Below are positions 1 through 11,187 of a DNA stretch of 64,000 nt, piece by piece. Source of the DNA: Camelus dromedarius (Eukaryota); assembly GCF_036321535.1 (NCBI RefSeq), contig NC_087437.1:112842001-112906000 (forward strand), given 5' to 3'. The position numbers and the translations under genes are program-made. The stretch's first letter is position 1. Each line of letters starts with the position of its first letter. Under the pieces are notes generated by a model. It saw only the letters and a list, made by a program, of their open reading frames with translations, made no database searches and was not told the DNA's origin.

Positions 1-1139
1 TGACAATAAGAGATTAAACATTACCCTAATGGTAGGGAAATTATTAATAGCTGCTACTTATTTATAGCCATTTATTGCCAGTCTCTGGGGAAGGGGAAGA
101 AGCAGAAAGGTGCAGGTACAGATGGCTTTGAAGCACGTCAGCAATGCCTGTCGTTTCTCCTTTCTCTTCTCTCCATTCCCTTTTCCAAACTGAAAAGCTG
201 GGACTCGGTGCCCAGGTGGAGGAGCAGGGAGGGAGGAGCAGAGCGATCTGGGAGATGGCTGAGGAAAGCAAGAACAACAGTTCAGATTCTTTATGTAGTC
301 CTTGGTGTAACTTTACTCTCATTTAAATTTTTCCCGCCTTGTAATTTAGTGAAGTTGGAGCTTCAAAGTGTCAAAGTGTCTCTGGACATCACCTCCAGCC
401 GTGGCTCTCAGCCCTGGCAGGCACCAGAAGCACTTAAACAGAAGGCTGAAAACTGCACGTTCCCACTCCACCCCCTTTCCTGGGTATTCTGTTTCCCTAG
501 ATGATGATGAGTAGAAATCCAAAATCTGTAGTTTGTAAGGTCCCACGGGGGAGTCAGATACCTCGCCTGGGTGGAGGCATTGACTTGCAGGCTCAGGGCT
601 GCTCTCTGGGGTTCTCTTTAAGTTGTAAATAGCCCTGGGGAGGTGGAGCTGCTCTGAACTGTAGATGGCTGAGTGAACTGCTTTGAATAGGCTGCCTTCC
701 CAGACATGAGTGAGATTTGCGTGACTTTATGGTGTGGGGAGTAGGGGGTTCAGAGGAGGGCTCTGAAAGAACGTTCTGGAAGGGGTTTGGAGCATGGAAG
801 CATTGGGCATGTTAGGGCAAGGAAGAAGGGACAAGGTAGGAAAGGTCTCGGTGGTAGGAAAGGCTTCCAGGAGGGAGAAGAGAGGGCACCCAAGGTGCCT
901 CTGAGAGCCCTCCCCTGCCTGGGGATTTATTGTGCGCACCACACCCCTGGACCTCAGAGCTCGCTATCTCCAGCCTCTCCCCTTCCCTGCGGTGGGTGGG
1001 GCATACCAGCCTGCTAAGGAAATTCTTGGAAAGAAACTGCAGTGCAACCATCTAAGACTGGTACTTTTCCACTGCATGTGTTGATCTTTGCTTCTAGAAC
1101 TCCTGGCACGTACACCCCTATGATCTCGTAAGGGGCTGG

Positions 1140-1600
1140 GGCTCTCCGGAGGGACTTTAAGCTTTGGCTGCACCCTGTCACGGTGGCGCTATGAGTCTGT
1201 TGACGTCACCACCTTAAGTTTTTCTCCTCTGACTCATTCACCATCTTCAGTTCTCCTCAGTCTCGTGTCCACCCATCTTCAGAGATTTGTGATGAAGGGA
1301 TGTGTTTTTTCACTGTGGCCTACGCTTGCCACCTGCCTCCCAATTTTCCTCTTGTCTTCAGAAACTAGTTATTTTTACGAAGGAGCATGCGTCCCTCCAA
1401 ACCAATCTGAAAACAAATATGGTTTTGGCATAACGAGCCTGCCTCCTCTAAGGTAACGGCTGCTCAGTCCCAGTAGCTGTCACTTCCTTCACGTGAGTGG
1501 GGCGTGTGTTTCCTCTTGTGGTTCCTCTTTGTTTCTCTGCCCGCCCCGCTCTGTGGACGGGACTCCTCGCTCCAGACCCCGCATATCTGATCCGTCTCAT
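1140..1600. promoter_or_regulatory. Candidate enhancer/promoter motif cluster
   Basis: Palindromic CRE TGACGTCA 1201-1208, AP-1 TGACTCA 1230-1236, ETS core CACTTCCT 1481-1488 abutting E-box TCACGTGA 1489-1496, RUNX TGTGGTT 1517-1523 and GC box CCCGCCCC 1540-1547. CpG is locally elevated and the sequence is non-repetitive. Confidence 0.45.
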
Positions 1601-1989
1601 CTCCTGGAACCAATGGGCAGAAGATTCTGACCACGTTGTTGTCTTCCTTCAAAATCTCCTCCAGCAGCTTAAGATTTTTGCTGCAAGACTAGGCTGGTTT
1701 CCTGTCTGTCATCCTTATCAATGTCTTCTCTTTCTGGGGTGAGTCTGGTGGGCATTGCTTTAGTTTTGTCAATTCCATACATATTCTGTGCTCGGGGTCA
1801 TGAGGGAGACAAAACTAAAAGGGACTCATCCCACTTCAAGAAGAGATTTCCATGTGATGGAATTTTCTTTCTCATGAAATAACCTGAGAATAAACAGTCT
1901 AGTGTTGGGAACCCGGGCTCCTTCTGTCTTAACTTTGCCCCCTTTGCATGATCTGAGATACTTCTCAACCAAGTCTTGATCCAGTCCTG

Positions 1990-2125
1990 ATCCGGAAGTT
2001 GCCTTTATCACTTCTGTTCTCATCCCACTTGCTAGCTGTTAGTTACATGGCCATACCTAGAAGCAAGGGAAGCTGAAAAATGTAGTCTTTTTCTCTGAGT
2101 GTCTGGGAACTCAGCTGAAAACTCC
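1990..2125 (-). mobile_element. Old MaLR LTR fragment (MLT1J/K-like)
   Basis: cacttctgttctcatcccacttgctag...agttacatggccatacctagaagcaagggaagctgaaaaatgtagtct resembles the conserved old-MLT1 core. Related motifs occur at ~28570 and ~57880. Confidence 0.55.
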
Positions 2126-2164
2126 ATTAAATATTCAAAGATTAAAAAAAGTTTCATGCATGTA

Positions 2165-3640
2165 TGAAAAGGCTGTGTATTTCCTAATTATTAAGTGCAT
2201 TTTCTAGTTACTGGGTACAGAATATTGGGTGTATATGGTCATTAGGTCAAGCTTGTTCATCATGTTGCTAATTTTTGTCTGCCAAACTTTTCAACAATTG
2301 AGACCTATCAATTGAAATTTCCTCTGTGATAATGGATTTGTCAGTTTTCCCATGAATTTCTATCTTTTTTGTATTTTGAGCTAGTTAATTAGATGCATTC
2401 ATATTTCAAACTGCTATGTCTTCTTGGGGAACCAACCCTCTCTTCACTATTGAGTGATCCTCTCAAGTCCTAATTATGCTTTTTCTCTTAAAGTATATTT
2501 TATCTAGTATTGACATCTGTCTGCTATCTTTTTTCATTCTTTAATGTTTAAGCAGTTTATGTTTTTAATGCTTTAGATATCTTACCAATAGTACATACAT
2601 AGATTTGTTTTTAAAATCTAATCTGACAATTTATGTCTTTTCATTGGAAAATTTAGACCATTTATATTTATTTAATTTTTGATGTATTTAAATTTGTTTC
2701 TGTCTTCTTAATTGTAATTTCAGTAAAAAGATTAAAAATAAAAAATTTCTGTTTTGGTTGCTTAGAAAATTCCATATCTGTGTCTTTTCTTTAGCAAAAT
2801 AGCTTTAGCATGCTTTCGTATCCTTTCAACATATCTTCACTGTGTTAATATCCATCCACCACAACAAAAAATTCCAAGATGTGTGATCCTCTTCATTTCA
2901 CATATTTCTTGTAGTTTCTTCTGGATTTGTTTTTCTTATTTGAGTATCCTACCTTCAAAAAGTGTTTTGAATGTGAGTCTTAGCATGGCTGACTTCCTCA
3001 AGCCTTGTATGTTGGAGGATATTTTTATTACATCCTCATATTTGAATGACACTATTGCCAGGAATGGAATTCGAGGTTCAAAGTACCCTTTTCAATGCTT
3101 TAAATCTAATACTCCATTATCTTTTTGTATTCAATGTTGTGGTTAAAAAATGTGATGTCTACTTGATTATTTTTCCTTTGTAGATGATGTGCTCTTTTGG
3201 AGAGTTTTCAGAATTTTCTCTTTGAGTAGATATGCTTAAATTTAATTCTAATATGTGTAAGTGTTGGATTTTTCCCTCTTTCTCCTCTTGGAATTCTGTA
3301 CACTCTTTCAATTTGGAATTATTTATCTTTAATTCTGGGTAATTTATCTCCATTAATTCTTCAAATATTTCCTTCTCTCCATTTTAATTTTATTTTGTGA
3401 CTCCTGTTTTTGAATGCTGGTGATTCTACAGATTTCTTAACTTTTCTTTTATTTTCCATTTCTGAATATTTCCCTATTTTCTTTCTGGAGACATCCTCAT
3501 CTGATTTTCCAACTCATTAATTCATTCTTCAGCTGCATCACTTTAACCAGATAGCAGATTTACTGTGTTATTTATTCCCATTCTATAATTTTCCTATCTT
3601 GTATTTTTCCCTATTTTTGTTTTATATCCCTATGTTCTCA
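2165..3640 (-). mobile_element. Ancient degraded L1 (L1ME-like), ORF1 plus ORF2 endonuclease region
   Basis: T-rich antisense L1 texture. ORF 3159-3353(-) (NYPELK...EHIIYKGKII) resembles L1 ORF1p, and 2200-2480 resembles the antisense endonuclease region. Confidence 0.7.
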
Positions 3641-4249
3641 TGAACAAGGAGAGAAAAGGGGGAAGCCCAGGGAAAAGCCTCAGGTAGGGCACCCCCATTT
3701 GTTGTCACCCACCAAGCAACTCTTGAGGCCAAGTCTTCCCCTTCAGATTCCCAGGGGGAAGCAGTACTGGGAAGAGGAACTTACAGATTTTCATCAACCA
3801 ACCCTGGGGTTGGGAGAGCAGGGAATGCAGAGGCTACTCAGCCTTCACTTTTGTTCAGAAACATTTCACTGGATTGGGCTTCTGGACCGCCTTAATTTTG
3901 TCCCTAAACCAGCAATCTGGGCCATTACTACCAATTTCTAAAGGGTGAGGGCAGCTGTTGATTGTCCCAAGGCAAGGGTAGGGAAGAAGAGCAGAACTCA
4001 AGCTGCTTTTTCTACTTTATCCTCCTAGAGTGGCACCTTAGCTGTCCTTGCCCCAGGCTGCAATACCTCTCCCCTACCTAACACACAGCAGTTGTTTTCC
4101 AGAGTTCTCATAGTTTTTCCTTTGGATCCTGGATTTTGTGTTTCTTACCTCAATTGAGTTGATTCTGAGGGAGACAGGTAATGATTTGTGTAAATTTTCC
4201 ATTGTGGCAGGAACTGGAACTTCAACAGAGCCCTCTGCAACCACAGCTC

Positions 4250-4888
4250 TGTTAGTTAAGCCAGAGGAAAAATAATAATCTGTATAATATATAATATATG
4301 TAAATTACATACTATAATATTATATTAAGATTATATATGAGATATATATATATATATAAAGATTACTATAAGGAATTACTAGATTTATATAAGTTAAAAT
4401 AAAGTATAAATGTATCTTATTTATACAAAATACATTTATATATCTTATATAATATAAAGTTTATCTAAATCTTACATACGATTTGTATATATGTATATAT
4501 TTATATTTATTAAAAGGAATTTTTATAAGATTTATTATAAAGAATTGGCTCATGTGATTATGGGGGTTGGCAAATCCAGAATCTGCAGGGTGGGTTGGTA
4601 AGCTGGAGACCCAGGGGACCCAGGAGAGCCAGTGTTCCAGTTTGAGTCCAAAGTCAGTCTGCTGGAGAATTCCCTCTTGAACAGGGGAGGCTGGTCATCA
4701 TTCTGTTCAGGCCTTCAACTGATTGGGTGAGGCTCCCCCATATTATGGAGGGCAATCTGCTTACTCAAAGTCCACCAATGTAAATGTTAATTGCATCCCA
4801 AAATACTCTCACATCCAGAATAATGTTTGACCAACTATCTGGGCACTCCATGGCCCAGCTGAGTGAACACATTAAATTAACCATTACA
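4250..4888 (-). mobile_element. MLT2B-like ERVL solo LTR with expanded internal AT-rich tract
   Basis: Contains aagaattggctcatgtgattatgg...ggagggcaatctgcttactcaaagtccacc and ends in aaattaaccattaca, the reverse complement of the MLT2 start TGTgATGGTTAAT. Confidence 0.85.
4280..4540. repeat. AT-rich low-complexity / degenerate (TA)n tract
   Basis: Almost purely A/T with TA runs, inside the MLT2 LTR. Confidence 0.85.
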
Positions 4889-4889
4889 C

Positions 4890-5395
4890 CCACTATTTAA
4901 AGTGTAGTCTAAGGACCAAGGTTGGCCTCACCTGGGAGCTTGTTAGAAATTCAGAATCTTGGGCCCCACCAGAGAATCTTCATTTTAACAAAATGCCTAT
5001 ATTTTAACAAGATATAAACCTCCATTTATTGAGCCTGAGCTTCACATCTGTAAAATAAGGAGTTTGGATTACATGAGAGACCCTTCTGGACATGCAGGGA
5101 CCATTAAAAATACATAAACACTGTCTGGGCTCACCTCAGACCAACTAAGGCTGAATCTTTGGGGTAGGACCCAAGCATTTGTGTAGTATTTTTAAAAACT
5201 GTGTTGATGATTCTGTTGCCCATTGAAGGTTAAGAACCTCTAGAGCAATGTTTCTCAAACTGAAATATGCACACAAATCACCTGGTGATCTTGTGAAAAT
5301 GCAGACTGTGGTTCATGAGATCATGAGGCTGGAGACTGCATTTCCAACATGCTCCTGTGATACTGATGCTACTGCCCTAGGACCACTCTTTGAAT
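4890..5395. mobile_element. Cluster of three MER5A/MER5B hAT-Charlie elements with a small MIR fragment
   Basis: cacctgggagcttgttagaaattcagaatcttgggcccc (~4930), a MER5B-like block at 5095-5240 and caatgtttctcaaact...gaccactctttga at 5245-5395. Confidence 0.75.
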
Positions 5396-6029
5396 CTCTA
5401 GATACTACACTGGATGGTGTGTGAGATCCAGTTCTGAACTGCTCTGATCCCTGCAAATTGGGAGGGCTTCACAGTTTCACCAAGGTGAGCTCCACCCAGG
5501 ATGTCTTAGTATCTAACCAGGAAATCTAAGGCCTTGCCCTTTGTGGCTTCCAGCATCTTCTGAATTCCCCACATCAAAGAAATCAGATGTCTTCCTGCTG
5601 CTGTTACCCACATGGAAGCAATTGTATAGTTCCTATGGAAATGTTGGCTCTATACCCCATGACTAGGGTAGAAGACTCTAGAAGACATTACTTGTGCCCT
5701 CCATGGGGTTGGGGAGATGGAGAATGGTTATTTGGTATCAGAGTGACCTCACGCAGAGACTGAGAAATTCAAGCCAGTGGGGGACCAAACTCAAGATGTG
5801 TTCCCCATGAACCCTCTGACATGGCTCCCACTGCAGCTCCATTGAATCCTCTCATCTCCTCAACTGGAATGACTTCTACTCACTGGCTGCCTCCTCAGCC
5901 TTTAGTTTAAAGCTTTGTTAGAAAACCTAACTCACCTGACCTGAGTTATAAGTATTTTAGGTCTGCTTCTGCTCTAGACTGCCACGTTCTACAGGAAAGC
6001 CCCCACCACTCTTTGCTTTCCTTCCAGCC

Positions 6030-6640
6030 CCTTCCACCATCCTTCCACAGTGGTGGCTGGGGTGAACCTCAGAAAGCCTCAGTGAGCTCACTTCACTCCC
6101 CTGCGTGGTGCCTCCCAATGGCTTTGCATGATGCTTGGAGTAGAATCCATCCTCATCACCATGGGGCCCTGAAGGACCCCTCACTGTCATTCTTCATCAC
6201 TTTCCCCCTTGCTCACCACACCCTCTTGCTGCTCCCAATGCTCCAAGCTCACTCTTGCCTTGGCTGTTCCTTCCGCTCAACACACTCTTCCCCAGATCTT
6301 CATGTGGCTTCTTGTCATTTATTCCACAGCCTCAATGTGACGTCTTCTGAAAAATGTTCTCAGACCACCCTTCTAAGGGGTCTTCCCCATCCCAGCATGA
6401 CTCTGTGCCTCATTATCCCATTTTGATGTCTTCAGAGCATTGATGCCTATTAGAATAATCTTATTTATTGATTTGTTTTCTTATTTATTGCCTTTAATAT
6501 TATTTCTTATTTATCTCCACCCCTCCCACACCACCCCAACTAGATTGTAGACTTCACAAGGGACTCTATGGTTTAATCACTCTCTCTAGTGCCTACAACC
6601 TTGACCTTCAGGAGCAGGAAGTACCTGATTATTAATGGGA
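6030..6640 (+). mobile_element. L2 3' portion
   Basis: L2 motifs ctcccaatggctt, ggctgttccttcc...cccagatcttcatgtggct, aatgtgacgtcttctga and ctagattgtagacttc. Confidence 0.75.
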
Positions 6641-7719
6641 TATGTCAAGAATCTTTCACTGTACTTAGTTCAGTGTGTTCACTTAGGAAGCTTTTAAAAA
6701 ATTATTTCAACCAAAATATGGATATGATTTTAAGTGTTCTCCTGAAAACTAATGCACAGAGAAGCCATGACCAAAATAAGACACATCTGACAGCAAAAGT
6801 CTGGGACTCAGCTGGATGCCATGTTTCATCTGTAGAGGCACATGTCGGGTCCTGAGCTGTGGAACGTTTGCCAATCAGATTCAAGGATCTCATATGAAGT
6901 TCAGAATAAGCTTTTGCTTGTACCCCCTGCTCTAAATTCCTCTTTGGTGCCCAGTGGAAAGCTGGCAAGAAGCAGCTGATGGGGGCAGATGGGGTCGGTC
7001 CTGGATCTCTGCTGTGCTCTGACATCCGAACACCTCCGAGAAGATAGCAGCTCTCAGCAATTGGCACAGGGTCTCCATGGGCACAGTCGCCCAGTTCCAG
7101 ACTGCTACATAGGCAGGCGAGAGACCGTCAGTGAAGGCGGCTGGTGCTGACAGCGGCGCAGAAGTGAGCCAGAGGCCAGCTGGAGATTGTGCTGAGGGCA
7201 GCCGGGAACAGGTCTGTGTCTCCACCGAAGTGTCAAGCCGTCCTCTGACACTGCTCTCAGGGGTTTTCCCACTGTCCCAGGTCTGTGTGATTCACCCCCG
7301 CCTGGCTGGCAGGGCAGAGGGGCAGTGAGGCACTTCCCTTGTGCTGTGGCTTCATCAGGCTCGCAGGGTGGTCCCTGGGCTCCTCCAGGTGGTCTTGGGT
7401 GGGTGGAGACTGGCATCCAAATCGCACATCAGACTGAATCTGTTTTCAAGGTGTTTTTTCCACTGGAGATGTGAATTTCCATTAAAAAGTGCAAAGTGAG
7501 CATTAAAACATAGCCATGATGACAGTTATTTGCCCAGAAAAAAACAATCCCTAAGTTGTATTTTGTGTGTTGGGCAAAGAAGAGGCATCAAAGGGTGAAT
7601 AAAGGCAATTCGGGACCTCAGCATGCAGGTGGTTTTTATGGTTTTGGTTTCAACAAAGATCCCCGGAGATGGAGTGGTTCCAGTGATCACTTGAGGGGTC
7701 TGGTATGAACCACACTTTT

Positions 7720-7890
7720 GGTTCAGCTGAATTTAATTCAAGTAGAAACCGTGTGCCTACTCTGTGCCAGGCACTGCGTTAGGTGCTGGCTATGCAGCAG
7801 TGGACGGAAGGACTGTCAGTTCCTGCCCTCTTGGACCTTACTATTCAGTGGGAGATGCAAACAAATGTCCCTTCCATGGCAGTGTGATGA
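7720..7890 (-). mobile_element. L2 3' end
   Basis: gtgcctactctgtgccaggcactgcgttaggtgctgg...cctgccctc...ttcagtgggaga. Confidence 0.75.
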
Positions 7891-7924
7891 CAGGAGGGAG
7901 CTGCCTCTTTCTCAGCTAGACCCA

Positions 7925-8115
7925 GGGACTCAAGACTCCCAAGACTCAGTTCAGGCTCCTAACCCACCGACCTCTAGTTGTTTGACTTTGGGCCAATTAT
8001 TGAAGATTTTTTAAACCTTAGTTTTCTCAGCTAGGCTATGAGGAAATGACATCTGCCCTGTCTGTGTTGTGGGTTATGAGGATCTGATGAGATAGTTTAT
8101 CTGAAAGCCCTTTTG
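7925..8115 (+). mobile_element. MIR SINE
   Basis: Core tgactttgggccaattatt...ccttagttttctcagct and gttatgaggatctgatgagata. Confidence 0.7.
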
Positions 8116-8261
8116 AGTTTGTCAGGAGAAATTTGAATCGTAATCGGGACTACCGAGAACTTGATTTTGAAGTTTTCAATGATCATCTCTTGCTGTTCAC
8201 GGCCACATGGTGACACCACTTGTTATCAGTGGGATGTGAAAACCAGAAAAAAACTGCAGTC

Positions 8262-8782
8262 AAGGTCTGTCCAGTACAGGAATCACTAGCCACGTGTGGC
8301 TGTTGAGCACCTGGAACAGGGCCAGTCTGAACTGAGACGCACGCTAGAATGTGAGCTTCATAAAAACAAGAAAAGAATGTAAAATGTCTCACTAACAGGT
8401 TTTAAAAATATTGATGACATGTTCACATGAAAATACTTTGGATATTGGGCTACATGAAGTATGTCATTGGAATTGATTTAATTACTTATTTAATGTGGCT
8501 ACTAGAAAAATTTAAATTATATATATGGCTCACATTATATATATATATTTATTGAAATATAGTTGATGTACAATATTATGTAAGGTCCAGGTGTAAAAAT
8601 AGTGACTCACAATTTTTAATGGCTATACTCTGTTTATACTTATTATAAAATATTGGCTACATTCTCTGTGCTGTACAATATAACCTTGTTGCTTATTTCA
8701 CATGTGATGGTTTGTATCTCTTAGTCCCCTGTCCCTGCATTGCCCCCTCCCCCTCACATTACATTTTTCTTGGAAGCACAGC
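8262..8782. mobile_element. MER33-like hAT-Charlie element interrupted by an L1 tail
   Basis: ctgtccagtac...cactagccacgtgtggctgttgagcac...aatgtggctactagaaaaatttaaattatatatatggctcacatt. The terminus resumes after 8764. Confidence 0.8.
8541..8752 (-). mobile_element. 5'-truncated L1 3' end
   Basis: Antisense L1 3'UTR (tttattgaaatatagttgatgtacaatattatg). TSD ctcacattatat 8529-8540 / ctcacattacat 8753-8764. Same family as 38416-39052. Confidence 0.85.
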
Positions 8783-9263
8783 TGTAGAGGTTCTCTTTGG
8801 AAATTTTATTTCGTACACAATATACATAAACAGTCATATAATTTCAGAGGTATTGCAGACCCCTCAAAGCTCCATCTGTGAAACTCTAAAAATGGCTATT
8901 TTAGAGGATGCTTTCCATTTACACTCAAAATATATACAATGAATGTTCCTGTGAACTTAGAGCACTTTAGTGAGAACCATTACTGTGTTCCTCCAGGCAG
9001 GAAATGGTTTCATCATCACTGTTGTCAAAGAGGTTGCACAGAGGCCTCTTCTGGACTGTGTTCAATGCCCCTGGGTCTAGATGGGCAGATCTCTGCAGAT
9101 AGGTGACCAACACATCCCTCCAGTTGTGGGCTGCAATGAAGATGCCCTGTAGTTTCACTCCTGAAGAGATTTTCCAGGTACCAAGTGAACAACCACAGTT
9201 TCTTCCCACCCTAGAATCTTTTTCCTTCTTGTGGAAAAAAGACAAAACGAAAAGGAAGAACCA

Positions 9264-9310
9264 TTGACACGACATTGTAAACTGACTATAACTCAATTAA
9301 AAAAAAAAAA
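9264..9310 (+). mobile_element. Extremely 5'-truncated young L1 (terminal ~35 nt plus poly-A)
   Basis: ttgacacgacattgtaaactgactataactcaatt plus A-tract matches the ends of the young L1s at ~25720-25755 and ~52810-52845. TSD aaaaggaagaacca 9250-9263 / aaaaggaagaatca 9311-9324. Confidence 0.85.
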
Positions 9311-9394
9311 AAAAGGAAGAATCACCCTTTCTGTCCCTTTTCTATTCCCTAGCTCTCTGAATCCACCCCTCCCCCCAAGTCATTTGCGGTGTCA

Positions 9395-9490
9395 TCCGTA
9401 CCCATCTTATCAGTTGAGGAACGAAGGCTCAGAACTGCTCAGAAACTTGCCAACGGTCACGGGCAGGAGACTTGGGATGTGAACGCTTTC
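9395..9490 (-). mobile_element. MIR fragment
   Basis: cccatcttatcagttgaggaacgaaggctcaga...acttgccaacggtcac. Confidence 0.7.
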
Positions 9491-11008
9491 AGGGTTGGTC
9501 GACAGCTGCTGCCAGAGGAAGGAGGAGGAAAGCAGGCAGGAGGGAGTCAGCACCCGGCCCCATAACATCTCAGGAGAGGCGGACACTGGCCATACGCACT
9601 CCCTTTCCTTATTCTGAGAAGGGTTTGATTGTAACAGAGGATCTGCCACAGACCAGATGCAGGGGATTCGCTGTGATTCTTGGGGAGCCAGCTTTTCATG
9701 GCTTCCGTTCAGAGGAAAACGCCTGCTAGATGCTTAACAGCAAAAAACCCCAAACCACAAACAAACAAACAAAAGATGAATCCATAGAATTTACACAGCT
9801 TAGGTTAGACGTGGTTCCCTGTCTAGAGGAGCCAGGGAAACGAACCATTTCATCCACAAAAGATGGGCTGGGATTGCGGTCTACCCTTAAACATGACACC
9901 ACTGAGGGCTTCTGATTTGACTGTGAGCAAATGAAACACTGGTGTTTGGTCAAGTCCTGGAGGAGTTTGTTAGCTGGCTTGGTTCCCAAGCAGAAGCAGC
10001 CGATCACTGCCGAAGTTCTACGAGTGGGATGCCCAGTGGCAATATAAAGGGCAAACAGACAAGAAAGTCTTTCTTTCTGAGAATGTTTCCACTGCAGTTA
10101 GGTTAGAAAATGATCCAGGGGAAGATATAAACTAGCTCTTTCATTTAGCAAAATAAAATGCCTATCCACTTGGTAATCTGTGCGGTGGAAGTCCTAGCCA
10201 GAATCTTGTTTTTAAAGGTTTTGTCTAATTGGCCACCCCCACCCTTCTCCTCCCACTGCCCAGCATCAGGCTGCACAAGGATGGGGACAGTGGCCTAGCA
10301 GGTGCCGCCACATGGTGTGTCCTTGTGGAAGAGCTTCCGTGGCGTTTATATTAAATAACCACCGGCAAAAAGTGACGTGTTGCTGACAGGAGGTGTCTAC
10401 GTTTCCTGGGGTTTTGTTCCAGTTTTAATGACTGTGGATAATGCATGGAATGTCTCAATTTTCAGAGTTGTGTTTTTTCATGAGACACTGCCACTCTTTC
10501 CGGGGAAGGAACTAGACATTCCTGACACATGATTTGGCAGGTCTCAATCACAACTGCTCCAATATTGGCTTTCAGGAACCCATTCCAGATTGGCCCAGAC
10601 TGTCAAACCTTGTTCCGGCACCAGTTAGAAGAGTACTTCTGGGCCCGGGCCACGCTCTGAAAAATACTTGCTGAGTCTCCCGAGGGAGTCTGGTTGAGGA
10701 GGGTAAGTGATTTGCTCTTCAAATGACCTTTCCCTCCTTGGAGAAGAGCATGTAGTATCAGAGTGCTCGAGATGCTCCTGGCTTCCCCATAAGAATTTTA
10801 TCAAGTGATGGCATCAAAGACCACCCCCCACCCCGCCCCATCCATGAACCAAGTGAAGAATGTTTTGTCCCAGCCCTGGGACATCTGTCCTCATTAGCTA
10901 ATTCAACTGGTGGCACCTGTCAAATTAAAATGGAAATTGGCTTTAAGGTAAAAATACATTATATTCAAGGGTTGGGGCTGTGTCTTCTTCTGAGCAGTGC
11001 CTCAAATC

Positions 11009-11187
11009 CCAGTATTCCTCAAAAGATGGTCTGGAGACCCGCTTGCATCAGAATCAGGGGGTCTGTTTCAACTGCAGATTTGGGGGCTTCTCACCACCTA
11101 CCAAGTATCTGGGAACTAGAGCCCAGAGTTTGCATTGTACCAACCCCCAGGCAATCCTGATATACCCCAAAGTTCGTGAGCCACTGG
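11009..11187. mobile_element. MER5A-like hAT element
   Basis: cagtattcctcaaa...gcatcagaatca...ccaaagttcgtgagccactg, with CAGT...ACTG termini. Confidence 0.7.
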
